Shown here: piece after piece, positions 1-7,538 of the stretch
How the letters are laid out: each line of letters opens with the position of its first letter
How positions within the stretch are numbered: the first letter of the stretch is position 1
Assembly: GCF_014652375.1 (NCBI RefSeq)
Contig: NZ_BMYR01000015.1
Coordinates: 1 to 24,000, forward strand
Direction: 5' to 3'
DNA: 24,000 bases
Source: Alishewanella tabrizica
GTDB taxonomy: Bacteria; Pseudomonadota; Gammaproteobacteria; Enterobacterales; Alteromonadaceae
Translations under genes and position numbers: made by a program
The notes under the pieces: model-generated
Databases searched by the model: none
The model's input: only the letters and a program-made list of their open reading frames with translations
Told to the model about the DNA's origin: nothing

Positions 1-1
1 G

Positions 2-124
2 CGGCGATTTACAAATGTCAGTACTGAAATCAGCTTACACATCTTGGCATACAACCTGAAACGGATTATATCGATTTGGGGTGTTGCGGGGTTACAAATG
101 AAGTTCAAGGAGCTTTATCAATAG
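2..124 (+). mobile_element. 3' end of a DDE transposase gene (IS5/IS1182-like); the 5' part lies outside the window
   Basis: Frame 2 is open from the window edge to TAG at 122-124. It reads RRFTNVSTEISLHILAYNLKRIISIWGVAGLQMKFKELYQ*. From memory, the ..SLH(I/V)LAYNLKR(I/V)..I.G tail is the C-terminus of IS1182/IS5-type transposases. The IS terminal repeat cannot be placed without the other end. Confidence 0.5.
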
Positions 125-557
125 ACAGGTTGTATTGCGTTTAACGTCTAGCCAGTTACAAAAACCACTTAATTATGTCGATTCCCTCAAATCAAACACG
201 TTAAAAGTCAAAATTGCTCTTAGTTAGCTTGATACAGCAGAATTTTACCGATGCTCGGGATTGACCTGATCAAAAGTCAGGAAATATTGAGTTTTTACAC
301 AGCCTGCGCTCTAAGTGTAAATGGGTTCTTTCAAGGTGAGATCGGGCCAGTAGTATTGTGTATTGCCAAGCAAGGATCAGTTTACCGTGTTTAGGTAACG
401 CCTATTAATGCCATTTTAATAGATGGTTGCCAGTTAACAAATTGGAGTAAGCCGCTCAGGCGTTAAAAAAATTTATGTTTAGCCGACATTAGGCCTGCCT
501 TAAATTATGTAATTAGATTATGCTGAAATTACAACAATAAAAACGAAGGATTGAGTT

Positions 558-1370
558 ATGCGCGCACTGATTGAAAAAGCAACAAACCTGCCCTCAGTTC
601 CCAAAGTTATGCAAGAGCTGATTGCCAGCTTTAACAGTAACTCGGTGAGTGGCGAGCGTATTGCAACGTTATTATCGAATGACCAGGCTATTACTGCAAA
701 AGTACTGCGTCTGGCTAATTCGGCAAAATACGGCGGCCATCGTAAAGTGGCATCGGTAAAAGAAGCTGTTCTGGTACTGGGTACTGATACACTCCGTACT
801 CTGGTGTTATCGATTAGCTTGGCCAACAGTTTTAAACCGTTACCCGGTTTTGATTTAACCGCCTATTGGCATTACTCGTTTAAAATGGCGAGCCGCAGCA
901 AATATATGGCTAAGCTGTTAAAAGTGGATCCCGAAACCGCTTATACCTGTGGTTTATTACACGGTATTGGCGAGTATTTACTGCATGTAGTTAAACCGGA
1001 GATTGCTGTACAAATTGATAAAGAAGTGGCAATGGGAAATAGACGCCGCGAAACAGAAATACGCCATGTGGGGTTCGACTTTACGCAATCTGGCGCTGAG
1101 CTGGCGCGCTTTTGGAATTTTCCAGAAGAGATTGCCTTGGCCATTGAGCATCAATATACCCCCGTATACGGGGGTAAATTAGATCCCTACGCTTCGCTAT
1201 TAATGTTAAGCCGCTATTTGTTGGAGCATGAAAATGACGTTAAAGAAGAACGTTTTGAATTGTTTCCAGCAAAATTGGCGCATGCGCTGCATTTAAAGTT
1301 AGAAGATGTGTACAAGCACATTGCACAAATGCCTGATTTAGATAGTGATATTGCAGATTTATTGAGCTAA
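558..1370 (+). CDS. HDOD-domain signal-transduction protein
   Basis: 270-aa ORF with AAGGA about 7 nt upstream of the ATG. LPSVPKVMQELI, ITAKVLRLANSAKYG, VKEAVLVLGTDTLRTLVL and LLHGIGEYLL match the HDOD (HD-related output domain) pattern. Confidence 0.85.
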   Translation: MRALIEKATNLPSVPKVMQELIASFNSNSVSGERIATLLSNDQAITAKVLRLANSAKYGGHRKVASVKEAVLVLGTDTLRTLVLSISLANSFKPLPGFDLTAYWHYSFKMASRSKYMAKLLKVDPETAYTCGLLHGIGEYLLHVVKPEIAVQIDKEVAMGNRRRETEIRHVGFDFTQSGAELARFWNFPEEIALAIEHQYTPVYGGKLDPYASLLMLSRYLLEHENDVKEERFELFPAKLAHALHLKLEDVYKHIAQMPDLDSDIADLLS

Positions 1371-1383
1371 ACACTGATTAGAT

Positions 1384-1469
1384 CAACTTCAACAAAGGTT
1401 TTCATAAGAAAGCCTTTGTGTTGAAGTTGACATACCAGACCATTGAGCAGTAGCAACAATGTTGCTACT
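1384..1469. terminator. Two hairpins between convergent genes (putative bidirectional terminator region)
   Basis: 1384-1429: caacttcaacaaagg / cctttgtgttgaagttg, a long stem with 1-2 bulges. 1449-1469: agtagcaac-aat-gttgctact, a perfect 9-bp stem. Neither hairpin has a clear U-tract, so termination efficiency is uncertain. Confidence 0.45.
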
Positions 1470-1481
1470 TAGCTAGAGTGA

Positions 1482-2183
1482 TTAAATACTGCTTACCCAA
1501 TCCGGTAAAAACTCAATAGCCCATAGCTCTAACACTTTGTCAAAACCGCTAAAAATCATCAGCGCAATTAACAACAAAGCATAGCCAAGCAGTTTGCGGC
1601 CAAATTTACCTGAGGTGCGCAGTTTCGATAGTTTTATCCCTGCCGCATAACCAATGGCGACTAACGGTAAAGCGGTGCCTAGGCCAAAAGCTAACATAAC
1701 GGTAAATGACATCAGCATGCTTTGCCCAGTCGAGGCTAAGGCAATGGCAGCGCCCAAGGTTGGGCCAACGCAGGGTAGCCATACCAGCCCCAGCGAGCCT
1801 CCTACTACAAATTGAAATGCCGGATGATCAGTATTTTCGGTCACTTGCCCGCCAGAAGGTAAGCGACTGGTTAAGCGTGATAGCAACATCGAAAACTGCT
1901 GATTTAACCAATCAATACTCAAAACCAACCCCATGGCTAACATAAAATATGCCGCAAAGGTGCGCATAATCTCTGGCCCTAAACCGGCGCTGAGTAAGAG
2001 ATAGGTCAGTAAAGAGCCGCCTATAGCAAAGGTTAATGCCAAGCCTGCCGCTAAAAACCATACGCCGGTGCGCGAGGCGCGCATTGCCGAAGCGGTAACC
2101 GCAGGGATCATCGGTAGCACACAGGGTGATAGCAGGCTAAGTAAGCCTGCTAACAGTGCTAAGGGGATAGCGGTAAATTCCAT
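1482..2183 (-). CDS. ccdA: Cytochrome c biogenesis / thiol-disulfide electron transporter, CcdA (DsbD-beta) family membrane protein
   Basis: 233 aa and polytopic. It carries the two conserved Cys-Pro helices LSPCVLPMIP and WLPCVGPTLG typical of CcdA/DsbD. Its start is 2 nt after the stop of the upstream thioredoxin gene, indicating an operon. Confidence 0.85.
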   Translation of the reverse strand: MEFTAIPLALLAGLLSLLSPCVLPMIPAVTASAMRASRTGVWFLAAGLALTFAIGGSLLTYLLLSAGLGPEIMRTFAAYFMLAMGLVLSIDWLNQQFSMLLSRLTSRLPSGGQVTENTDHPAFQFVVGGSLGLVWLPCVGPTLGAAIALASTGQSMLMSFTVMLAFGLGTALPLVAIGYAAGIKLSKLRTSGKFGRKLLGYALLLIALMIFSGFDKVLELWAIEFLPDWVSSI

Positions 2184-2185
2184 CG

Positions 2186-2614
2186 TTAATCCGCTTTCTT
2201 GTCATGTTCAGCTATTGCTGCGAATACAACTTTTTCTTTGGTTTGCGCTACGGTTAACCACAGTTGCTCTTCACCACGGTATAGCACTAAGGTAGATTGC
2301 CGCGGTGCTTTAAAATAGGTTACCCAGTCTTTTTGGTTGTCAAAATCCACTTCTAGCACCAGTAGTTCGCTTTGCGGGTTAGCGGCAAGGTAATCATTTA
2401 ATACGTTATGTTGCTTGCGGCAGGTCGGGCACCATGGCGCGTAGACATCAATCAGAATCAGCTTGCCCTCAGCTTGTGCTTGGCGGAATACTTCTTCTGT
2501 AAAGGGCTGTTTATGCTTAGCCAAATGCTCAGTTGCAGCGGTCGCTGGGTTAAAGAAGAAAATCGCGCCGATAATGGCCAGTACAGCAAAGGTAGCAGTC
2601 AGTAGTGTTTTCAT
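2186..2614 (-). CDS. Periplasmic (signal peptide or anchor) thioredoxin-fold protein with a WCPTC active site
   Basis: 142 aa. The N-terminal hydrophobic segment is MKTLLTATFAVLAIIGAIFFF..ATA, followed by APWCPTCRKQ (a CxxC thioredoxin motif). GAGG lies 5 nt upstream of the ATG. The gene sits immediately upstream of ccdA. Confidence 0.85.
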   Translation of the reverse strand: MKTLLTATFAVLAIIGAIFFFNPATAATEHLAKHKQPFTEEVFRQAQAEGKLILIDVYAPWCPTCRKQHNVLNDYLAANPQSELLVLEVDFDNQKDWVTYFKAPRQSTLVLYRGEEQLWLTVAQTKEKVVFAAIAEHDKKAD

Positions 2615-2781
2615 GTGAACCTCGTTAGTTAATAAAACGAGTTCAGTCTAAAACGAGGGGGTAAACAGGGCATCAGCCAGAACAACGGCGCTATCAACCA
2701 AAACACCGGTGTTAGGTTAAGGGTGATTTTAAGCAGTAAGATTTTTTACAGTGATATCCGCGGGTCAGTGCGAGCGCCAGC

Positions 2782-3702
2782 TTAGCTTTGGCTGCTGCGA
2801 TATTCGCCAGGCGAAAGCCCTAATTGTTGTTTAAAAAAACGGATAAAGGCGGTAGCCGACTGATAACCCACAGCGTCGGCAATATGATCTAAACTGTGCT
2901 CGGTATGGATCAGCAAGTAGCGGCTTTTTTGCAGGCGCAACTGGTCTAATAATGATTTAGCCGTCATCCCCATAATTTTATGGCAGCGCTCGGCAAAAGC
3001 GCTTTTTGATAAATAGGCCAGCTCGGCCATATTGTCTACTGTCCAATTGGCTTCTGGTTTATCCATTACGGCCAACACTACACGTCTTAATGCTGTATCT
3101 TGTAATGCTGCCAATAGCCCTTGGCTGATCTGTTCATCGGTTAGCACCTGACGCAATAAATGCAGCACAACGACATCACTTAAGCGGCTAATTGCCGCTT
3201 GGTAACCCGGCTGGCGCAGCGCGGCTTCTTCTTGGATCAATGCGACTAGTGGTGCTAAACGCCCCGATTGCTGGTTTGCTGGCAAGTGAATATAGTCGGG
3301 CATAATTTGCAAGACGTTTGCTGTGAGCGGGGAGTGAATGGCAATGTCGTAGCAAACCAAGCCGCGTTCAATATGTTCAGGCACGCAGAAGTTTTGCAAT
3401 GTTACCGGCGTGCTTTGCGCGGTAACCGGTTGGTCGCTGAGCCAATGGCGTAAACCATGGCTAAAAAAAATCGCATCACCGGCATGCAGTTGTATCTGTT
3501 CAGACAGGCGTCCGGGGATCGCCATCCATAAACTGCCTTGCGTCACAATATGTAAAGCCGCCTTATCAGATTTATCACTTAGCAAGTTCCAGTTATCACA
3601 AAAACCTGATTCAAAATGCAACGCCGATCCAAATGCCAGCTGGGCTAAAAGCTGATCTAAGGCTTCCGGTGTTTCGGTTGATAAGGGCGTTGTTTTGGTC
3701 AT
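2782..3702 (-). CDS. AraC/XylS-family transcriptional regulator with an N-terminal cupin-like domain
   Basis: 306 aa. The C-terminal double helix-turn-helix (WTVDNMAELAYLSKSAFAERCHKIMGMTAKSLLDQLRLQKSRYLL...IADAVGYQSATAFIRFFKQQLGLSPGEYR) is classic AraC. The N-terminus (HIVTQGSLWM...GDAIFFSHGLRHWL) looks cupin-like. It is divergent from the 3854-7509 operon. Confidence 0.9.
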   Translation of the reverse strand: MTKTTPLSTETPEALDQLLAQLAFGSALHFESGFCDNWNLLSDKSDKAALHIVTQGSLWMAIPGRLSEQIQLHAGDAIFFSHGLRHWLSDQPVTAQSTPVTLQNFCVPEHIERGLVCYDIAIHSPLTANVLQIMPDYIHLPANQQSGRLAPLVALIQEEAALRQPGYQAAISRLSDVVVLHLLRQVLTDEQISQGLLAALQDTALRRVVLAVMDKPEANWTVDNMAELAYLSKSAFAERCHKIMGMTAKSLLDQLRLQKSRYLLIHTEHSLDHIADAVGYQSATAFIRFFKQQLGLSPGEYRSSQS

Positions 3703-3853
3703 TGTGGGTTATTTTCCAGCTTTGTACACTTATTCAATAAGTTAGTCTAAAGTTTATCAAAGGCGTTGCAAAGTATCAGTTGCCAAAAGTACGTATTGTC
3801 ACTTGCATCGTCTATCTTTGCAGCAATTGCTCTCGCTTAACAAGGGTTAAAAC

Positions 3854-4351
3854 ATGCTAAAGCCAATTCTGGTGGAAAATCGCCTGCAATTAGCCTTTAT
3901 AGACACTATTTTGCAGCAGGTAAACACGGTTGATTACCAACAGGCGTTTCCTCTTGCAGGTGCGCCAACTATTGGTAAGCATATTCGGCATGTACTTGGG
4001 CATTATGCGCAATTACAACAGGCGGTAACTACTGGGGAAGTCGATTATCGGCAGCGGCAACGCGACAGGCTAGTGGAAACTAACCCCTTGGCGGCGCTGG
4101 GCTTGCTACAGCAGCAGCTGGATTGGCTGGAACGCTTAGCGCAGCTAAATACTAACCCTCATTTGCGCTATCAGTGTGCGGAAGGCGAGGGAACAACCAG
4201 TTTATTGCGTGAACTGGATTTTGTTGCCAGCCATACAGTGCATCATCTGGCGTTATTAAACATCTTGTTACAGCAGTTGGGTTATCTCTTGCCTGAGACG
4301 GCAGGTATGCATAGTTCTACCTTAGCGTATCTTCAGCCATGTGCACCTTAA
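3854..4351 (+). CDS. DinB-superfamily (DinB_2-like) four-helix-bundle metalloprotein
   Basis: 165 aa. IGKHIRHVLGHY near the N-terminus and SHTVHHLALL near the C-terminus fit the His-triad pattern of DinB-like proteins. AAGGG lies 8 nt upstream of the ATG. The 3' end overlaps the next gene by 13 nt (ccATGTGCACCTTAA). Confidence 0.6.
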   Translation: MLKPILVENRLQLAFIDTILQQVNTVDYQQAFPLAGAPTIGKHIRHVLGHYAQLQQAVTTGEVDYRQRQRDRLVETNPLAALGLLQQQLDWLERLAQLNTNPHLRYQCAEGEGTTSLLRELDFVASHTVHHLALLNILLQQLGYLLPETAGMHSSTLAYLQPCAP

Positions 4352-5949
4352 GTTGGCAGTATCAAGCCGACGGTTTGCATTTAGTGTTTAACCGTGACGA
4401 GCAAGTCACTCGGCCAATAGCGTTATTGCCACAGACGGTGACCGAGCGCGGCATTGCGGCCATGATGCCGATAGATCCGCAAGGTGGTGGTACTTGGCTG
4501 GCAGTGAATGAACGCGGGCAAGTGTGGTGTTTGTTAAATGACTATGCGTCGTTAAAGAGCAAGCCTGCGGCAGGGGGCAGAAGCCGTGGTTTACTGGTTA
4601 AGCAATTGGCGCATTGCGCCAACCGCCAACAGCAAGATGCCATAATGCAGCAAGATAAACTGCAGGGCTATGCCCCTTTTAACCTGCTGTTATTTGCTAA
4701 TTGGCAAGAGCCTGAGCAATGGCATTGGGATGGGCAGCAATTAAAACAGTATTTTGCGGTATGTTCACCTGTGTCGAGTTCTGGTCGTTGGCCTAGGCTA
4801 ATACCTGCCTTACGGCGCTGGTATTGGCGCGCCAAGGTATCGCCTGCCACCACGGCTGCACAGCTGTTGGAGATACAGCGTACCGCTAAGCCGATAAATA
4901 GTTTTATCGGTATTGCTATGCAGCGGGCAAGCACCCAGACCGTTAGCACCAGCTATGTCCATTTGCATGCACAGGGCGCTTCCTTGAAATATTGGGCTGG
5001 GCATCCCCGGCAGCAAAGCCAGCAAGCCACGTGCGAAGTGGCTCTGTCCTGGTCGCAAACATGCCCGCCACGTTATAGTGGGTTTCAGCCGCTGGCGTTA
5101 CCTGCTGTACTGGCAAAAACCTTACCCCAAGTGGCGGCCAAGTTACCAATATGGCAAATGCGCTGTTTGCAGCACTGCTTGGCCGAGCGACAACTTAACC
5201 AGGCATTGCGGCAGCTGAGTCAGCAGCCAGATCAGCATTTTTGTGATGGGGCTTTGCAGTATTTAGGCGTAATACCGCAGGTTATTGCTTGCCGTTGGCC
5301 TGCAGCACATAGCCGTCCGGTGTTTGTTTGTAACCATCCAACCGGTGGGCTGGATGGTTTATTGCTTATTGCACTGTTGCAAAAGCGTTATCCTGATCTG
5401 CAAGTGATCGCCAATAATGTGCTGCAGGTTGTTGCGCCATTGGCCTCTTTTATTCTGCCAGTACCAGTGTTTGCCAAGCCTGCCGCGGCAATACCGCAAT
5501 TAACGACCGCTTTTGCGTCTAACTGCCCGTTATTAATTTTCCCTGCGGGGAGAACCGGGCGGCGAAATGCACAGCAGCAGATTGATGATGGGATCTGGGC
5601 CAAATTGGCGGTAACGCTTAGTCTACGCGCACAGCGCACTCTGACTTTGCTGCATATCGATAGCCATAATTCGCGCTTATTTTACGCTATAGCCACGCTG
5701 CGTAATGCGCTACATATCACCACTAATCTTGAAATGTTTTTACTTAGCCGCGAAATGCTGAAGCCTGCAGTCAAGCAGCCTAGAATTTTTGTCGATATTC
5801 CAATGCATCCAATAGAACTGGAAGCTTTGGCAGACTCAGATTGGCAACGTGCACAGCGTTTAAAACAACGCGGTATGCAATTGCCTGTTATTTATAAGGA
5901 GCAGCAAGATGCCGCAGGCTATACCTCTTGCAGTCGACGTACCCGCTGA
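4339..5949 (+). CDS. Fusion protein: N-terminal NRDE/TANGO2-family domain plus C-terminal lysolipid (PlsC/GlsA/OlsA-like) acyltransferase domain
   Basis: 536-aa uninterrupted ORF. N-terminal motifs are MC(2)TL, FNRDEQ, GGGTWLAVNERG, LLND, GRSRGLLV and YAPFNLLLF, which is the NRDE family signature (PF05742-type). C-terminal motifs are VFVCNHPTGGLDGLLL (an H-x5-D variant of the acyltransferase block I) and LLIFPAGRTGRR (an FP(E/A)G block). These resemble the acyltransferases encoded next to OlsB-like GNATs. Confidence 0.8.
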   Translation: MCTLSWQYQADGLHLVFNRDEQVTRPIALLPQTVTERGIAAMMPIDPQGGGTWLAVNERGQVWCLLNDYASLKSKPAAGGRSRGLLVKQLAHCANRQQQDAIMQQDKLQGYAPFNLLLFANWQEPEQWHWDGQQLKQYFAVCSPVSSSGRWPRLIPALRRWYWRAKVSPATTAAQLLEIQRTAKPINSFIGIAMQRASTQTVSTSYVHLHAQGASLKYWAGHPRQQSQQATCEVALSWSQTCPPRYSGFQPLALPAVLAKTLPQVAAKLPIWQMRCLQHCLAERQLNQALRQLSQQPDQHFCDGALQYLGVIPQVIACRWPAAHSRPVFVCNHPTGGLDGLLLIALLQKRYPDLQVIANNVLQVVAPLASFILPVPVFAKPAAAIPQLTTAFASNCPLLIFPAGRTGRRNAQQQIDDGIWAKLAVTLSLRAQRTLTLLHIDSHNSRLFYAIATLRNALHITTNLEMFLLSREMLKPAVKQPRIFVDIPMHPIELEALADSDWQRAQRLKQRGMQLPVIYKEQQDAAGYTSCSRRTR

Positions 5950-6811
5950 GCATATCCAAGCGGAGTTACAGCAGTTAACGCCACTGGCGCAGTTTCGGGG
6001 GTTACAGATTTTTAGCGCTGATGCCCAGCAGATCCCCCACACTATGCAGCAAATTGGTTTGATCCGTGAGGCGGTGTTTCGGCAGGCGGGGGCAGGGCGC
6101 AATTTACCGCGCGATTTAGACGCACTCGATTATGCTGAACCGGCTTATCAGCAACTGGTTGTATGGGACCCACAGCGTTTGCAGCTGGTAGCCTTGTACC
6201 GTTATCAATTAGGTTGGCTGGCGGCCCAGCATGGCCAGCACATTTTGCGAACCAGTCAGTTATTTACCTATAGCAAGGCGTTTACCGAGCAGGTATTGCC
6301 TTATGCCATCGAGCTGGGGCGCTCGGTGGTTAACCCCGCCGCGAAAGCTAGCACCTTAGGTTTTTTTGCGCTCTGGCTTGGCCTAGGGGCGTTGTTAGTT
6401 CGCCACCCGCAGCTGCAATACTTTTTTGGCAATGTTACGCTTTATCCACAACTTGGCCAGGCCGCTATGCAGTTGATCGTGCAGTATTGTCAGCAGCTGT
6501 ATCCGTCTCCCTCACCGATGCTACAAGCCAAGCCTGAACTGTGTTACAAGGCAGCGATGTTAGCGGTTGATGCAACATTGCGGCAAGCCAGTGCCGAACA
6601 ACGGGTTAAACATTTACAGGATCTGCTTAAACCTTTGGCGTGCCGTATTCCCCCCGTGTTGCAGTCTTATCTCAGTGTGGGGAATGCGATCTGGTTTGAT
6701 GATGTCGCGTTGGATCATGACTTTGGCGGTGCTTATGAACAAAGCATCATAGTGCCCTTGGCGGCGTTAAGTAGCAGCTTTCGGCAACGTTTTCTGGAGT
6801 GTCATCTTTAA
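5909..6811 (+). CDS. GNAT-fold N-acyltransferase of the OlsB/GlsB type (Acetyltransf_5; often mis-annotated as 'putative hemolysin'); a putative N-acyl amino acid synthase
   Basis: 300 aa. AAGGAG lies 7 nt upstream of the ATG. The gene overlaps the upstream gene by 41 nt. IGLIREAVFRQAGAGRNLPRDLDALDYAEPAYQQLVVWD and ELGRSVVNP resemble the OlsB-like lyso-aminolipid synthase family. Confidence 0.7.
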   Translation: MPQAIPLAVDVPAEHIQAELQQLTPLAQFRGLQIFSADAQQIPHTMQQIGLIREAVFRQAGAGRNLPRDLDALDYAEPAYQQLVVWDPQRLQLVALYRYQLGWLAAQHGQHILRTSQLFTYSKAFTEQVLPYAIELGRSVVNPAAKASTLGFFALWLGLGALLVRHPQLQYFFGNVTLYPQLGQAAMQLIVQYCQQLYPSPSPMLQAKPELCYKAAMLAVDATLRQASAEQRVKHLQDLLKPLACRIPPVLQSYLSVGNAIWFDDVALDHDFGGAYEQSIIVPLAALSSSFRQRFLECHL

Positions 6812-6897
6812 CATCGTGATCGATTTATTCCGCTCGCATTGACAAGGCCCGCGTTAGCACTGAGACTGCGTTTATTGTTGAGTCGCATTCAGGAACT

Positions 6898-7509
6898 ATG
6901 TACATGATCAGTTACGTTCAGCAACATCGCTTAACACTGCAATTAGGTAATACCTTACCTGCTGCTCAATCGTTATTAGTGTTAGCGGGGCAGCCAGAAC
7001 TGGCAAACGCTTTGGCCCAAAATCCCACGGCGGCCGAGCTGTTAACCGCTATTGAGCAAGCCTATCAAGACGGTTACGAGCAGCAAGCCTCTACCGAATT
7101 TGAGTTACAAGGCATCGCCTTTGCAGGTTATGGTGATCCTTTATTGCATTTAGAGACTTTGAGTGAGGTGTTACCTGCGTTTAAAGCCCAGCGCCATGGC
7201 GTGCCAGTGACCTTGGTGACCTATGGTTTAGTGTCTGCGGCTGAGGCTGAAACGTTGTGCCAGCAGTTGCTAGCGCTCGAAGTAGAGCGGCTTGAGGTAT
7301 TTTTACCCGCTGCCACTCCCCCTGCGTATCAACACGCCGTGCAGCCTTTGCAGTATGGTTTTGCCGAGGTATGCCAGTTTATTCATACCGCAGCAGATGC
7401 AGGTTTATATGTCAGTTGTTTTGCTAATGCGCCAGTAAAAGAAATTGCGGCCATACGCGCGTTAGCGCGCGAGCTTGGCGCGCGTGAGTTGTTAATAAAG
7501 GATATTTAG
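6898..7509 (+). CDS. Hypothetical protein. It resembles a radical-SAM/TIM-barrel segment (GIAFAGYGDPLLHLETL) but has no CxxxCxxC cluster motif
   Basis: 203-aa ORF. AGGAA at 6891-6895 is better spaced for the second ATG at 6904 (MISYV...). The G-x-G-(E/D)-P-L-L motif recalls the SAM-binding GGE motif of radical SAM enzymes. Only three isolated Cys residues are present. It is the last gene of the operon. Confidence 0.6.
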   Translation: MYMISYVQQHRLTLQLGNTLPAAQSLLVLAGQPELANALAQNPTAAELLTAIEQAYQDGYEQQASTEFELQGIAFAGYGDPLLHLETLSEVLPAFKAQRHGVPVTLVTYGLVSAAEAETLCQQLLALEVERLEVFLPAATPPAYQHAVQPLQYGFAEVCQFIHTAADAGLYVSCFANAPVKEIAAIRALARELGARELLIKDI

Positions 7510-7538
7510 TGCTACAGGAGATAGGTGCTCGGAGCTTT

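Noticed and set aside
3765-3829. Possible AraC operator repeats (GTTGCAAAGTA / GTTGCCAAAAGTA at 3765-3791, and the palindrome gcaattgc near 3820)
   Set aside because: The repeats are short and imperfect, and I cannot place a convincing -35/-10 relative to them. I note them but do not call a feature.
4668-5639. Minus-strand ORFs 4668-4949, 4810-5058, 4943-5149 and 5388-5639
   Set aside because: They are antisense to the NRDE-acyltransferase ORF, overlap one another and are Cys/Arg/Ala-rich, which is typical of reverse-frame artefacts.
5909-6811. Possible 'hemolysin' function for the GNAT protein
   Set aside because: The hemolysin label on this family is a historical annotation. The GNAT fold and the adjacent acyltransferase argue for an N-acyl amino acid / lyso-aminolipid synthase instead.
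6839-6872. Internal promoter before the fourth operon gene (TTGACA at 6839-6844)
   Set aside because: After a 17-nt spacer the -10 element would be GAGACT, only 3/6 to consensus. That is too weak to call without transcript data.
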